In this document: positions 1 to 9,976 of the stretch, piece by piece | How positions within the stretch are numbered: position 1 is the first letter of the stretch | Layout: every line of letters starts with the position of its first letter | The notes under the pieces: generated by a model | Told to the model about the DNA's origin: nothing | What the model saw: the letters and a program-made list of their open reading frames with translations, nothing else | Database searches by the model: none | IMG/VR virus record: IMGVR_UViG_3300025736_000023 | Span: 3,694-67,693 of that record | Direction: 5' to 3' (one strand) | From: a virus | DNA length: 64,000 nucleotides | Made by a program: the position numbers and the translations under genes

Positions 1-8
1 GCCCTATT

Positions 9-674
9 TTGTATTTAGACTCAGATATGGGCACTATGACTATATCAGACAGGGATATCGAAGTAGTTCCTATCAAATGTGCTAAGGATATTGAGGACGT
101 AAACAAATATGTCCGAGCGCACCCTGGAGAATACAAAACCGTAGTCCTCGATGGGCTGACGGCCTGTTACAATCAGATGATCCGGCTCCGTATGCTGGCC
201 CCTGGGCGCACAAGCAATGAGGACCCATATGTACCAAGTCAGCGTGACTGGATGCACGGAACGTTCAGAATGCGTCTTGTACTTGATATGCTCAAAACTG
301 CCCCAGTGAATTTCATAGCAACCGCAATGGTTGACATTCGAGCTAATGAAATCACACAAGCGCCGATGATCCGTCCGGGTTTGTCAAATAAGTTGGCTGG
401 CGAGGTAGGGGCACTTTTTGATATCGTGGGGTACTTGACTGTAAAAATACAGATCAAGGAAAAAACTCGGCTACTACAGTTAGACCCGTTTGGAGGCCGG
501 GCAGCTAAAAACAGAGCAATTTACCCCCTGCCTGCGGTGTTAGAACGCCCACACATGCACATTCTCTACGGGCGAGCCGTCCTTGGTCGCCCATTGGAGA
601 CACTACAAAAGGAGGCGGCAGAATTGGAACGAAAGCATCAGGCGCATATTCAATCCCTAATCACGAAGGAGTAA
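9..674 (+). CDS. AAA_24/Sak4-like phage NTP-binding recombination protein (probably 5'-truncated by the window edge)
   Basis: Walker B-like YKTVVLDGLT, FDIVGYL and AKNR motifs; no Walker A in the window; adjacent to a DUF669-type SSB. Confidence 0.7.
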   Translation: MYLDSDMGTMTISDRDIEVVPIKCAKDIEDVNKYVRAHPGEYKTVVLDGLTACYNQMIRLRMLAPGRTSNEDPYVPSQRDWMHGTFRMRLVLDMLKTAPVNFIATAMVDIRANEITQAPMIRPGLSNKLAGEVGALFDIVGYLTVKIQIKEKTRLLQLDPFGGRAAKNRAIYPLPAVLERPHMHILYGRAVLGRPLETLQKEAAELERKHQAHIQSLITKE

Positions 675-676
675 TC

Positions 677-1072
677 ATGCCAATCTCAGTTAACATGACA
701 GGGGTAGAAACTCGGCCCACACCGCTACCGCCTGGGTACTACAGGGCAGCCGTAAGCCAGTGCGAACAGAAAATCAGCAAGACCAACAACCCCTATGTCC
801 TTTGGACTTTTGGAGTTCTTGAGCCGGAGGAGTTTGTCGGTCGCAAGGCTTTCTTCAACACGAGTCTGCAGTCACACGCCCTTTGGAGTCTCAAGCGTGT
901 TCTCCTGGCCTTTGGCTACGAAAAGGCCGATCTAGAAGGCCAGGTAGAATTTGAACCTAGTGACTTAATCGGCGTCGAATGTACACTCTCGGTGGTCGAA
1001 GACACGTGGGACGGCGAGACAACCGGCAAGGTAGACCAGGTTCTCGCAGCAGGATCCGAACTGATCATCTAG
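677..1072 (+). CDS. DUF669-like single-stranded DNA-binding protein
   Basis: PLPPGYY..V..CE.K.SK.NNPY..W.F pattern and LIG.EC...V; typical position after Sak4. Confidence 0.7.
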   Translation: MPISVNMTGVETRPTPLPPGYYRAAVSQCEQKISKTNNPYVLWTFGVLEPEEFVGRKAFFNTSLQSHALWSLKRVLLAFGYEKADLEGQVEFEPSDLIGVECTLSVVEDTWDGETTGKVDQVLAAGSELII

Positions 1073-1094
1073 ACTAGCCACAATCAATCACTCT

Positions 1095-1136
1095 TAGCAG
1101 CCTGAGCTTGCTGTTAGATTCAAGCTCAGGCTGCTA
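1095..1136. terminator. Perfect 16-bp-stem hairpin (terminator or processing site)
   Basis: tagcagcctgagcttg-N10-caagctcaggctgcta between the SSB and primase genes; no clear U-tract. Confidence 0.5.
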
Positions 1137-1155
1137 CATCTAAAAACGGGGTCCT

Positions 1156-3723
1156 ATGATTAACGATTGTGGTTTGCTCCTAGCGATCTTTGCTGACCTG
1201 GCTGCATCTGAGTGGATAGAATTGTGTCTAGTTACCCAGGAAAGAAAAGGCCGCCAGTTATTCTTTAGTGATACTTTGCATCTGTTAGAGGCTGCCGAAG
1301 CTATTGGCGATAAAGAACACTGTTTTTTCGGTGTTGCGCCTAGAAAAAACCGTTCTGGCGTAGCCGAGAGCGTTGATCGCATCGGTGTTATTTGGGCAGA
1401 CTTGGATGCTAAAGATTTCAATGATGATAAAGCTGCGGCATTGGCTGCTGCAGACCTGTTGGTGCTGCCGCCATCATACATCATAGACTCGGGGCATGGC
1501 TATCATGCGTACTGGCTATTACAGGAGGCGGTAGCCGCAGAGGACGGTTGCGAGGTAGTTAGACTTGTAGGAACCTTACTTGGTGGGGGGCACGTAGGAG
1601 ACCCTGCTAGGGTCATGCGGATACCCGGAACCTTCAACATTAAGGTTGAACCGTATGTCCCATGTACCGTAGTACGCAACAGACCGGAGCTGCGTTATAA
1701 ATTAGATGATATCATTGCAGCAACTCAGATATCTGATCCTACTCGCCGCAGCATTTTAACTGGAAAACCAGGGCCTAAAGCTAGGGATAAAACCCGCTCT
1801 GGTGTAGACTGGCAAGCAGGCTCAGAACTCACCGATCTGCAAATGTCCGAATATGCTATGAAAGCGATTTGGGCGGAGCACATCATTGGAGAGAAATCAA
1901 GAGAGGATAGTGGAAGATACTTAGATATCACTCTAAAAAAGCTGCAAACAAAGCAGCGGACTGCAAAAGCAGCTTATGATCCTAGCAGTTGCTTCTCTAT
2001 GGCCGATGATGCCTATTTTGTAGTGGGAATAGGTAAGAGGGGCAAACATGTAGTTTCTACCTTTACCTTTGAACCTAAGCGGTTGCTAGAGGGACCTGAC
2101 GAGGACATTTTTCTAGGGGACATTCACGCAGATGGTCGCATTTGGGAGGGGATACAGCTTCCTAAAAGTGCATTTCTCAGAGTGGATTCTTTAATGAAGA
2201 AGCTCGGGAAAGCCTCCTGGCAATGGTTAGGGACTGACACCGAGGTCAGATTTTTACTACCATTCATTATGAAACAATGGAAAGAGTTAGGAAGCCCTAG
2301 AGCAATAGCAACCTCTGTACTTGGAAGGCATGAAGATTATTGGGTAGCATCAGAGTACACGCTGAGTGCTACTGAAACGATGGATCGATACTCAGCTCCT
2401 ATAGTCTACTCTCCCACAGGCAGAGCAGGGCCAGCGCTAGATTACCCTCCAGGGTGTTCATTGCCTCTCTTAACAGAAATTCATGCTAAAATTTCCAAGA
2501 TCAACGCTCCAGGAATTGTTTGGCCTATCCTAGGTTGGTTCATGGCTACCCCCTATAAACCCTTACTTAATGATGCCCGAATTCTAGTACCTCATTTGAT
2601 ACTGTATGGTACCACAGGGGCCGGTAAAACGGCTACGCTAGAGTCCGCGTTCATGCCGCTATTGGGGTATCGCATACCAGCACACTCAGAAGATTGTAGT
2701 ACCACGCCTTTTGTACTACTGTCTCTTCTATCTTCAACCAATGCAGTGCCGATAAGTTTAGCAGAGTTCCGACGGTCTACACTAGGAGAAGTATCTTGGC
2801 GCGCTCTGCTTCGCACTCTACTGCTGGCCTATGACGTGGGGCATGATTCACGGGGGCGACCTAATCAGACCACGGTAGACTACCCTTTACATGCGCCATT
2901 GGTACTAAGCGGAGAAGACGTGATATCTGACCCAGCTGTGCAACGGCGATCGATCGTCATTGGAATGACCCCTCGGGACATCGAAATGGGCACAGGGGCG
3001 TATGAAGCGTTTATGGATTTGATCTGCTTACCGCTATCACAGTTTGCTGCTCCCTATATACAGTACACTCTAACAGTATCGCAACAAGAGGCAACAGCTC
3101 AATGGAACTCTGCTCTTCAGGAAGTAGCTTCTGTGATAGATTTTCCATTGACAGAACGAATACGCCGAAACCTGGCTACCGTCTTATTTGGAGCCCGTTC
3201 ATATGAAACTTTTATGCGGCTCCAAGGTGTTGTGCTAGAGGCAACCCCCGCAGAGCACTTCATTGCTCCGTTGGGCGAAGTTCAAGGAGTGTCTATGAAA
3301 AGAGGCTACGTGTTATTGGATAGCTTCGTTGAGGAAGTTATCAACGAAGCTCAAAAAGCCAGCTCCCAGTTTGTGTACACTCTAGACCTGGAAGGCGTCT
3401 TATGGTTTCACTTAACTACGGCGTTGAAGTGGTGGCGCAAAGATCGGCTGGCTCGTAAGGAACCAGTTCTAGATAGCGCTGCTGTGAAACGCCAGTTGAG
3501 AGAGCTTTCCAAGGATTTGCCTGGGGAGGGACACTATGTTTGGGGGCCTACGAAGAAGGCCATAAGAGGAGGTGGTGGATCGCACAGAATGTATGGGCTA
3601 CATATAGCTACCTGTTTTGAATTGGGTTTGGATGTACCAGATTCGCTGGACATTTTCCAGCAAACCATTACTTTCTCTGGGGGCTCAACTAGGATCCCCG
3701 GAAAAATTGAGGAGGTTTCATGA
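1156..3723 (+). CDS. RepB-type (AEP-related) primase fused to a P-loop helicase/ATPase
   Basis: WADLD, DSGHGYHAYW and DPARVMRIPG primase motifs; C-terminal Walker A LYGTTGAGKT. Confidence 0.8.
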   Translation: MINDCGLLLAIFADLAASEWIELCLVTQERKGRQLFFSDTLHLLEAAEAIGDKEHCFFGVAPRKNRSGVAESVDRIGVIWADLDAKDFNDDKAAALAAADLLVLPPSYIIDSGHGYHAYWLLQEAVAAEDGCEVVRLVGTLLGGGHVGDPARVMRIPGTFNIKVEPYVPCTVVRNRPELRYKLDDIIAATQISDPTRRSILTGKPGPKARDKTRSGVDWQAGSELTDLQMSEYAMKAIWAEHIIGEKSREDSGRYLDITLKKLQTKQRTAKAAYDPSSCFSMADDAYFVVGIGKRGKHVVSTFTFEPKRLLEGPDEDIFLGDIHADGRIWEGIQLPKSAFLRVDSLMKKLGKASWQWLGTDTEVRFLLPFIMKQWKELGSPRAIATSVLGRHEDYWVASEYTLSATETMDRYSAPIVYSPTGRAGPALDYPPGCSLPLLTEIHAKISKINAPGIVWPILGWFMATPYKPLLNDARILVPHLILYGTTGAGKTATLESAFMPLLGYRIPAHSEDCSTTPFVLLSLLSSTNAVPISLAEFRRSTLGEVSWRALLRTLLLAYDVGHDSRGRPNQTTVDYPLHAPLVLSGEDVISDPAVQRRSIVIGMTPRDIEMGTGAYEAFMDLICLPLSQFAAPYIQYTLTVSQQEATAQWNSALQEVASVIDFPLTERIRRNLATVLFGARSYETFMRLQGVVLEATPAEHFIAPLGEVQGVSMKRGYVLLDSFVEEVINEAQKASSQFVYTLDLEGVLWFHLTTALKWWRKDRLARKEPVLDSAAVKRQLRELSKDLPGEGHYVWGPTKKAIRGGGGSHRMYGLHIATCFELGLDVPDSLDIFQQTITFSGGSTRIPGKIEEVS

Positions 3724-4163
3724 TTACCGGATTGTTCCCTATAGAGCTCTTAGCCGCCAAAAAGAGTGCAGAGCAACTTCAAGTGGCTTATGAAGAAGTG
3801 CTAGAAGAGGTATCAGAGGCTATCGCGGCTGAAACACGTTTGTTTGATGAGAGTATGCACGCCGGGCGGCAAAACCAATTTGGAGATGTTTCCTATGCAC
3901 AGAGATGTTCTAGAGATCTAGCCAGAGCTATGAGTCTATTACATACAGAGAATCCCGAGGCGGATCTTTCAGTTACCGTCACTGTAGGCGATCTAGTTAC
4001 AAATGCCTGTAGGTGGTGGGCTTGGCGAAAGGTCCAAGCAGATCAAGCTAATGAGACCCATGTCTATACCAGTTACTCAGAACCGGCCTTGGACAAGGAG
4101 CCAGAGCCAGAGCCAGAAAACAAACCAACAGGTCTCAGATCTCTACTGAAGAGACCGAAATGA
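3720..4163 (+). CDS. Hypothetical protein
   Basis: ATGA overlaps on both sides, GAGGAGG RBS. Confidence 0.7.
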   Translation: MITGLFPIELLAAKKSAEQLQVAYEEVLEEVSEAIAAETRLFDESMHAGRQNQFGDVSYAQRCSRDLARAMSLLHTENPEADLSVTVTVGDLVTNACRWWAWRKVQADQANETHVYTSYSEPALDKEPEPEPENKPTGLRSLLKRPK

Positions 4164-6547
4164 AAAAGGACGCTGCACTTTGTGCAACTTGTCCTTTAGG
4201 GAACAGGGGGAGGCACGTGCCTCCCTTTGGTCCTGCAAAGGCTACAATAGCTTTTCTAGGTGAGGCTCCAGGCAACACTGAGGTTCGCGTAGGCAGGCCC
4301 TTCGTAGGAGAGAGTGGAAAGCTCCTTCGTGCCGCTATCTCCGCCTGTGGACGGGTACCATCAGAATTTTACTATACAAATGCCTGTAAGTGTCAGCTAT
4401 CTAAAGACAAGGCCATAGATGATAAGGCACTTGCTATCTGCAGTACCACCTTAAAAGAGGAGTTCCAATCCAGAGGTGTAGAGATCATCGTTGCGATGGG
4501 CAACTCTGCTATGCAAGGCTTGGGCCTTAGCACGCAGGGAATCACAAAGATGCAGGGGCGGCCATTAAAATGGCATGACTTCACAGTTTTCCCAATACTT
4601 CACCCAGCGTCAATTCTCCACCATCCAGATAACTGGGTTGACTTTGCAGACAATCTGGAAGAGGTGCTTAGAGAGGGTGGTCCTAGGCTTGAGCTTGCCC
4701 CAGCCTTTAGCAATTACGCAGTTTTGTCCACTGAGGGGGCAGTACGTTTTCTTACCTGGTTGAGACAGCAAACTTTCGTATACTTTGACATTGAGACTAG
4801 CAATCTCAATATCCTTGATACGACTATCTTGAGCATTGCGTTCACCTGTGGTTCAGACTATGTGGTCGTTCTGCCCAAAGCAGTTCTGGATCACGCGGAT
4901 GTGCGGGCAGCATTACGCCGCGCCTGTGCAAATCCATCCCTAAAATGGTGTGGTCACAATGCTCAGTTTGACGTAGCCCGCTTGATCACTCAGTATAGGG
5001 CGCATCCCTACATTTCAGAGGACACTATCTTAGAGCACTTTGTACTAGATGAGCGCCTGGGCACCCACGGTCTAAAGCAACTGGCTATGAAACTTTTGCG
5101 GGTACCTGATTGGGAAGCAGATATCAAGAAGTGGATATCTAAAGAGCATAGCTCGTATGCATTGATTCCCGAGGAAAATCTATGGAGCTACAATGCCAAA
5201 GACGTAGCTTACGGCTATGACCTGCATCAACTCCTACGTCCCCAGGTAGCCTCCGAGGAAGATCTTGAACGGGTATATACAGAGCTGCTCATTCCAGGGA
5301 CAAATGCCTTAGTAGATATGTCTGTACGAGGCGTCAAGATAGACATAGATAGGCTAAAGACTACACAGACTGAAGCGGAACAAACAATAGATAGGCTACG
5401 AACCGAAATGCGGACGCTTGTTGATCTCCCTGAGTTCAATCCTAACTCGCCAAAGCAGGTTGGTCATATCCTGTACGACATATACAAAGCGCCACCATTC
5501 TCAAGGTCCAAATCACTGCCTATCGAGCTGATAGAGCCCGTAGCTGTACCGTATGGACGGAACGATAAAACTACAGCTAAAGATCAAATGGCACGTCTGG
5601 CGCAGCCAATCTACCCTTGCGCGCCGTTTGCTAGTTTAATGCTGAAGTACAAAAAAGCGCATCAATTGGTTAGCACCTATCTCAAGAATCTTCATCCCGA
5701 ATCTGATGGTAGGATACATCCAGGGCTCAAGCTCTTTGGCACAGTTACCGGGCGGCTGTCTGGTAGCAAGCCAAATGTATTGAATCTCACTAGGATCGGG
5801 CCGGTTCGAGGCTTAGTAGTGCCTGAGCCAGGCAACATTCTTCTTACTATTGACTACAAAGCGTCCGAGCTGCGTGTCTTGGCTGCTCTGGCTGGGTCTA
5901 AGGGACTTCTAGAATTGTTTAGAACAGGCGATGATCCACACAACTTTGTAGGAGAAAGCATTTATGGAGACAATTATGATGTTGAGAAACATCGAGTAGG
6001 TGTCAAGGGGATCAATTTTGGTGTCGCTTTTGGCCTAGGGATCCCTGGTATTGCTGCTATGCTAGGCGTTTCCTTCAGTGAAGCTAAAAGGATTCATAGC
6101 CTGGTCCTCAGACTGCTGGGCGTTGACGAATGGATGCAGCAACAGTTTCGGGATGTCAAAACAAGGCAATATGTTACTACACCTACGGGCCGCCGTAGAC
6201 GCTTTCCATTGATACTCTCTACATTATGGTCCAAAATCAAAAAGCAAGCGATCAACATGCCAGTGCAGAGCACAAGTCATGACTTGTGCTTACTAAGTTT
6301 GATTGAGACCAACAAATGGCTCAAAGACTTTGGAGGCACCATTCTCTTCCCAACGCACGATTCATTGCTACTGGAGTTTCCTATAAAACACGTAGACGCA
6401 GTGGCCTCTCTAGTAACTAAGGAGATGCTGGATGCAGGTACCACTATTCTCGGAGACGATTTCACAGCAGCAGTTGACATCGCAGTCGGGTACTCTTATG
6501 ACAAGAAAGATATGGGAAAATACATAATAGGGGGAGGGGCAACATGA
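4160..6547 (+). CDS. polA: Family-4 uracil-DNA glycosylase + 3'-5' exonuclease + family A DNA polymerase fusion
   Basis: CxxC, GEAPG, RPFVG, TNACKC and HPA (UDG4); FDIET, HNAQFD and YNAKD (ExoI-III); TGRLS, DYKASELR, K.INFG and HDS (PolA). Confidence 0.92.
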   Translation: MKKDAALCATCPLGNRGRHVPPFGPAKATIAFLGEAPGNTEVRVGRPFVGESGKLLRAAISACGRVPSEFYYTNACKCQLSKDKAIDDKALAICSTTLKEEFQSRGVEIIVAMGNSAMQGLGLSTQGITKMQGRPLKWHDFTVFPILHPASILHHPDNWVDFADNLEEVLREGGPRLELAPAFSNYAVLSTEGAVRFLTWLRQQTFVYFDIETSNLNILDTTILSIAFTCGSDYVVVLPKAVLDHADVRAALRRACANPSLKWCGHNAQFDVARLITQYRAHPYISEDTILEHFVLDERLGTHGLKQLAMKLLRVPDWEADIKKWISKEHSSYALIPEENLWSYNAKDVAYGYDLHQLLRPQVASEEDLERVYTELLIPGTNALVDMSVRGVKIDIDRLKTTQTEAEQTIDRLRTEMRTLVDLPEFNPNSPKQVGHILYDIYKAPPFSRSKSLPIELIEPVAVPYGRNDKTTAKDQMARLAQPIYPCAPFASLMLKYKKAHQLVSTYLKNLHPESDGRIHPGLKLFGTVTGRLSGSKPNVLNLTRIGPVRGLVVPEPGNILLTIDYKASELRVLAALAGSKGLLELFRTGDDPHNFVGESIYGDNYDVEKHRVGVKGINFGVAFGLGIPGIAAMLGVSFSEAKRIHSLVLRLLGVDEWMQQQFRDVKTRQYVTTPTGRRRRFPLILSTLWSKIKKQAINMPVQSTSHDLCLLSLIETNKWLKDFGGTILFPTHDSLLLEFPIKHVDAVASLVTKEMLDAGTTILGDDFTAAVDIAVGYSYDKKDMGKYIIGGGAT

Positions 6548-6888
6548 GTTTGAAAAAGTATGGCGCAACGCTATTCGATCTAAGTCTAGTAAAAGCAGTG
6601 ATATGTACTGGGGAAGAAGGTCGTTTTCCTTTCAGGATATATTGGTCTATGGGTGGTCATATCGATATTACTGTCCAGCTCGCAAAGATGTTGCTAGACG
6701 ATATCGACTCCGAGCAAGAACCATACCCAGAACCGATCACCAATCTCGAAGCGCGATTCGAGAAACTGCTACTGGCAGCGAAGGCACTATGCGCAGACTG
6801 GGGCCGTAACCTATACGCTGCGTCGGCGCGGCAGCAGGTGGCTCGCTTTAGAGAAGTGATCGAGGAGGTATCCAGTGGAACTAAATGA
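6544..6888 (+). CDS. Hypothetical protein
   Basis: ATGA-coupled to the polymerase stop. Confidence 0.7.
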   Translation: MSLKKYGATLFDLSLVKAVICTGEEGRFPFRIYWSMGGHIDITVQLAKMLLDDIDSEQEPYPEPITNLEARFEKLLLAAKALCADWGRNLYAASARQQVARFREVIEEVSSGTK

Positions 6889-7051
6889 TATGGTGCTGAA
6901 ACGACAAGCTGAGAACGCCCTCCTCAAACAGCGCTTTGATAGACTATTGAAAGCGGCGAAGGAAACGGATGCAGCTTGGTGTGAAGGCTCGATACTCGCG
7001 TTGGGCATGTCAGTGGATCATTTGAGACAAGTAATCGAGGAGGTATCATGA
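6875..7051 (+). CDS. 58-aa protein missed by the ORF track, resembling the C-terminus of the upstream protein
   Basis: GAGGAGG RBS, GTG start, MELNDMVLKRQAENALLKQRFDRLLKAAK...LRQVIEEVS, ATGA overlap with the next gene. Confidence 0.65.
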   Translation: MELNDMVLKRQAENALLKQRFDRLLKAAKETDAAWCEGSILALGMSVDHLRQVIEEVS

Positions 7052-7260
7052 TCACACACAATGGAAAGAACTATCTGACGCCTAGAGAGGCAGCAAGAGC
7101 ACTAGTGATTCATCTTTCAACTGTATACAGTTGGTGTAAGCATCAACAGGTAGAATTGCTAGATCCGGAAGTGCTTCAGGAAGATGTTGTTTCAAAGTAT
7201 CTAATAGAAGAGGAATCCCTTTATAATCGTCATCACCATGTATACTTGGAGACCTCATGA
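7048..7260 (+). CDS. Excisionase/MerR-like HTH DNA-binding protein
   Basis: YLTPREAARALVIHLSTVYSW. Confidence 0.75.
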   Translation: MITHNGKNYLTPREAARALVIHLSTVYSWCKHQQVELLDPEVLQEDVVSKYLIEEESLYNRHHHVYLETS

Positions 7261-7664
7261 GACTGCTAGTATTTGATCCTGGGGAAACTACCGGTTGGGC
7301 TTACTTGGCTTATGGCAAAATAGCAGGAGGATCATTCCACCTGTGGGCGCAGGTCAAGGACCTCATAGATTGCTACCAGCCGGACGTAGTGCTGTATGAG
7401 AGCTTTTATCTTAGAGCAAGAGCCTCTAGATATTTGATTGGCAGTCCTCTGCTTACTGTACAGGTTATTGGAGTGATCCGATACTTGACAGATGAACTGG
7501 GTGCGGTCTCTGTTTCGCAGATGCCTGCCCAGAGAACTGGTATTTGGCTCAAGAGCCTAAAGGGCTTCGATCGACATGCACGAGATGCCGCAAAGCACGG
7601 GTTACGATATCTTATCAAGAAAGGGCTCGCTGCAGGGTATAAAAGCTACAAAGGGAGGGGATAA
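7257..7664 (+). CDS. RuvC-like Holliday junction resolvase
   Basis: LVFDPGETTGWA, VVLYE and HARDA acidic catalytic motifs. Confidence 0.75.
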   Translation: MRLLVFDPGETTGWAYLAYGKIAGGSFHLWAQVKDLIDCYQPDVVLYESFYLRARASRYLIGSPLLTVQVIGVIRYLTDELGAVSVSQMPAQRTGIWLKSLKGFDRHARDAAKHGLRYLIKKGLAAGYKSYKGRG

Positions 7665-7665
7665 C

Positions 7666-9312
7666 TTGGGCATACAAATCTCACTAGCGAAGCCAACACC
7701 GAGGTCCACAGTTAAATTCCATGTACAGGGGACTTTACCCCCTGTGCTAAGTGCTTTCTTGGAGCGCGTTTCCGGCGTCAAGATTGAGGATGATGACGCT
7801 TGGGTGCCGAAGGAGCCTCGGTTACTTGAGCTTTTATTGAGAGATGTTGATTCTGTGCATCTCAATGAAGAGGTTCGTACATGGTATGAAACTCTTTTGA
7901 CTTATGAGAGAAAAAGTATTGCCTTGACTAAGTTAGAGGATATGTCGTCTTTAGACGTTGATGAACGGTTAGTTGCATATCAGCGGGTGGGGGTAAACTT
8001 CATTCTCAAAACCAGAAGGTGTATTCTAGCAGACGATTCAGGCATGGGAAAAACAGCGCAAGCGATTGAGGCGATTGAATTGTCTGAGGAACATAAACGC
8101 ATCTTGATCGTGTGTACCAACTCAGCAAAGTGGTGGTGGAAGGACGAGATCGAAAAGTGGTTTCCTGGACAAGACCGCGTTGTAGTCGAAGCAGCCACTA
8201 GGAAAGACGATTTCCAAGCCTATCAGGAGACTCAAGGATTCCTAATTATCAATTGGGAACTTGTTCGCTTGATGCCGGAATTGCGCGGCCTGGCCTGGCG
8301 TTGGATAGTGGCAGATGAGGCGCATAAGCTCAAGAATCGCAGCACAAAGACGTGGAAGGGTGTTAACAGTCTAATGACGAGGAGATTGCTACTACTCACA
8401 GCGTCTCCAATCTCCAATGAACCTGCAGATCTGTGGGCACTATTGCACTTGTTGTACCCAGACCGATATCGATCGTATCAACGTTTTTATGAGCTATACG
8501 TCAACTATTTCATTGCTCGGAGTGGGTATAGAAAAATAAATCGATCTAACCCAGTTAGAAACGTAGACCTGTTACAACGTGAGATTGCTCCGATCCTGCT
8601 GCGTCGGGACTGGCAGGGCTACCGAGATACATTGCCCCCTCAAAACAAGGTCATGCCTCTGAAGCTGACCGCTGCACAGGGGGCAATGTACAAGACTATG
8701 GCTAAGAAAATGTATGCTATCTTAGAGGACGGCTCAGAAATTGAGGTCTTTAATGTAGGAGCTAAGATAGTTCGACTGCGCCAGATAGTCAGCACCACGG
8801 CTACGATACAGGCTGGTGACAGTTCCTCCAAACTTGATGCTGCTGTAGACATAATAGAAAACGCCCCAGGAGAGCAGTTTGTTGTCTTTGCTCTCTTTCG
8901 GGCCACTGTCTTAGCATTGCAAAAACGCCTTAGCAAGAAAAAGATTGTCTGTGGTACGATCCTTGGAGGACAGCCGCCTAGTGAGAGATACGAGATGATC
9001 AAAAGATTCCAAGAGGGTGAAATTCAAGTTATTATCTCTACTGTGCAGGCGGGGGGAGAATCCATTACGCTAACTGCTTCGCATCAAGTGATCTTTATTG
9101 AGAAGCACTATAGTTACACTGTACAACAGCAGGCGATCGGTCGGGTGGATCGTTTTGGGCAGACGCATCAGTGCTTGATTACAACCTTGCATTGCCCACA
9201 CACGGTAGATGACCTGGTAGAAAAGATCGTGGCCTCCAAGAGCTCAATGGTAGATACCGTTCTACGAGGCAAGTTCTTTGAGAGCTTGCAAGATTCGTTG
9301 ATGTTTCTATAA
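7666..9312 (+). CDS. SNF2-family (SF2) helicase
   Basis: ILADDSGMGKT, DEAH, LTASP and QAIGRVDRFGQ; TTG start after GGGAGGGG chosen over the track start at 7576. Confidence 0.88.
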   Translation: MGIQISLAKPTPRSTVKFHVQGTLPPVLSAFLERVSGVKIEDDDAWVPKEPRLLELLLRDVDSVHLNEEVRTWYETLLTYERKSIALTKLEDMSSLDVDERLVAYQRVGVNFILKTRRCILADDSGMGKTAQAIEAIELSEEHKRILIVCTNSAKWWWKDEIEKWFPGQDRVVVEAATRKDDFQAYQETQGFLIINWELVRLMPELRGLAWRWIVADEAHKLKNRSTKTWKGVNSLMTRRLLLLTASPISNEPADLWALLHLLYPDRYRSYQRFYELYVNYFIARSGYRKINRSNPVRNVDLLQREIAPILLRRDWQGYRDTLPPQNKVMPLKLTAAQGAMYKTMAKKMYAILEDGSEIEVFNVGAKIVRLRQIVSTTATIQAGDSSSKLDAAVDIIENAPGEQFVVFALFRATVLALQKRLSKKKIVCGTILGGQPPSERYEMIKRFQEGEIQVIISTVQAGGESITLTASHQVIFIEKHYSYTVQQQAIGRVDRFGQTHQCLITTLHCPHTVDDLVEKIVASKSSMVDTVLRGKFFESLQDSLMFL

Positions 9313-9316
9313 TCGG

Positions 9317-9386
9317 AAAGCGGGGAGAGGCAGCCCTCCTCCCCGCTCTCACACGGCAAAGGCGGGGGGACCCTTACCTTGCCGTA
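9317..9386. terminator. Tandem hairpins where the replication and late operons converge
   Basis: gcggggagagg-cagc-cctcctccccgc and acggcaa..ttgccgt stems between convergent genes. Confidence 0.65.
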
Positions 9387-9418
9387 AGCAAACAGGGTTT
9401 ATTAGACCCTGTATACTC

Positions 9419-9706
9419 CTACCACCACTTGTAGCCTGCCACGCCTATGCCCTTCTGGGTGTCATAGAGCTCAGCCGCGACGAGCGCATAAAATAGCACA
9501 TTCCATACTCGCTCGTACCAAACTAGAAACGCCGGATACGTTGCTGCGATCTCATTGCACGCCAGCAATGCGATGGCTACAACGAACGCAGCAAAGAGCG
9601 CCTTCGTTGTAGACAACCCCAACCTCTTCAACCAGTTCACAATTCGCTTTATGACCAGAGATCCAGCGACACCGAACACCATGAAGTCTTCCATCGTAAC
9701 CTCCAA
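9419..9706 (-). CDS. Holin-like membrane protein
   Basis: 95 aa with 2-3 hydrophobic segments; last gene of the late operon. Confidence 0.55.
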   Translation of the reverse strand: MEVTMEDFMVFGVAGSLVIKRIVNWLKRLGLSTTKALFAAFVVAIALLACNEIAATYPAFLVWYERVWNVLFYALVAAELYDTQKGIGVAGYKWW

Positions 9707-9712
9707 ACTAAA

Positions 9713-9967
9713 CTATTGGCCCCCCGATTGCCTACGAAGCCATGAAACATCTGTCTGTATCCCTGCTAATTGCACTTGAATATCCACAAAGGTATCTACT
9801 ATGGTGTCGATTCTAATTATTTGTGCCTCTACAGTCTGAGTTACTGTATCTACTCGTTCCTGTAGCACTGCAAAAGCTGTAGTACACGCGATAATGACGG
9901 CGATAATAGGAATCCAGAACTTGATGGACGCATGAGTGATAGAACCGTTGGCTTTAGTGCCTGGCAT
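9713..9967 (-). CDS. TM + coiled-coil protein (lysis-associated)
   Basis: FWIPIIAVIIACTTAFAVL followed by a heptad region. Confidence 0.55.
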   Translation of the reverse strand: MPGTKANGSITHASIKFWIPIIAVIIACTTAFAVLQERVDTVTQTVEAQIIRIDTIVDTFVDIQVQLAGIQTDVSWLRRQSGGQ

Positions 9968-9976
9968 GTTGTTCTC

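Noticed and set aside
7048-7260. Lysogeny module (excisionase with integrase)
   Set aside because: Only an HTH is present; no tyrosine or serine recombinase was recognised in the window
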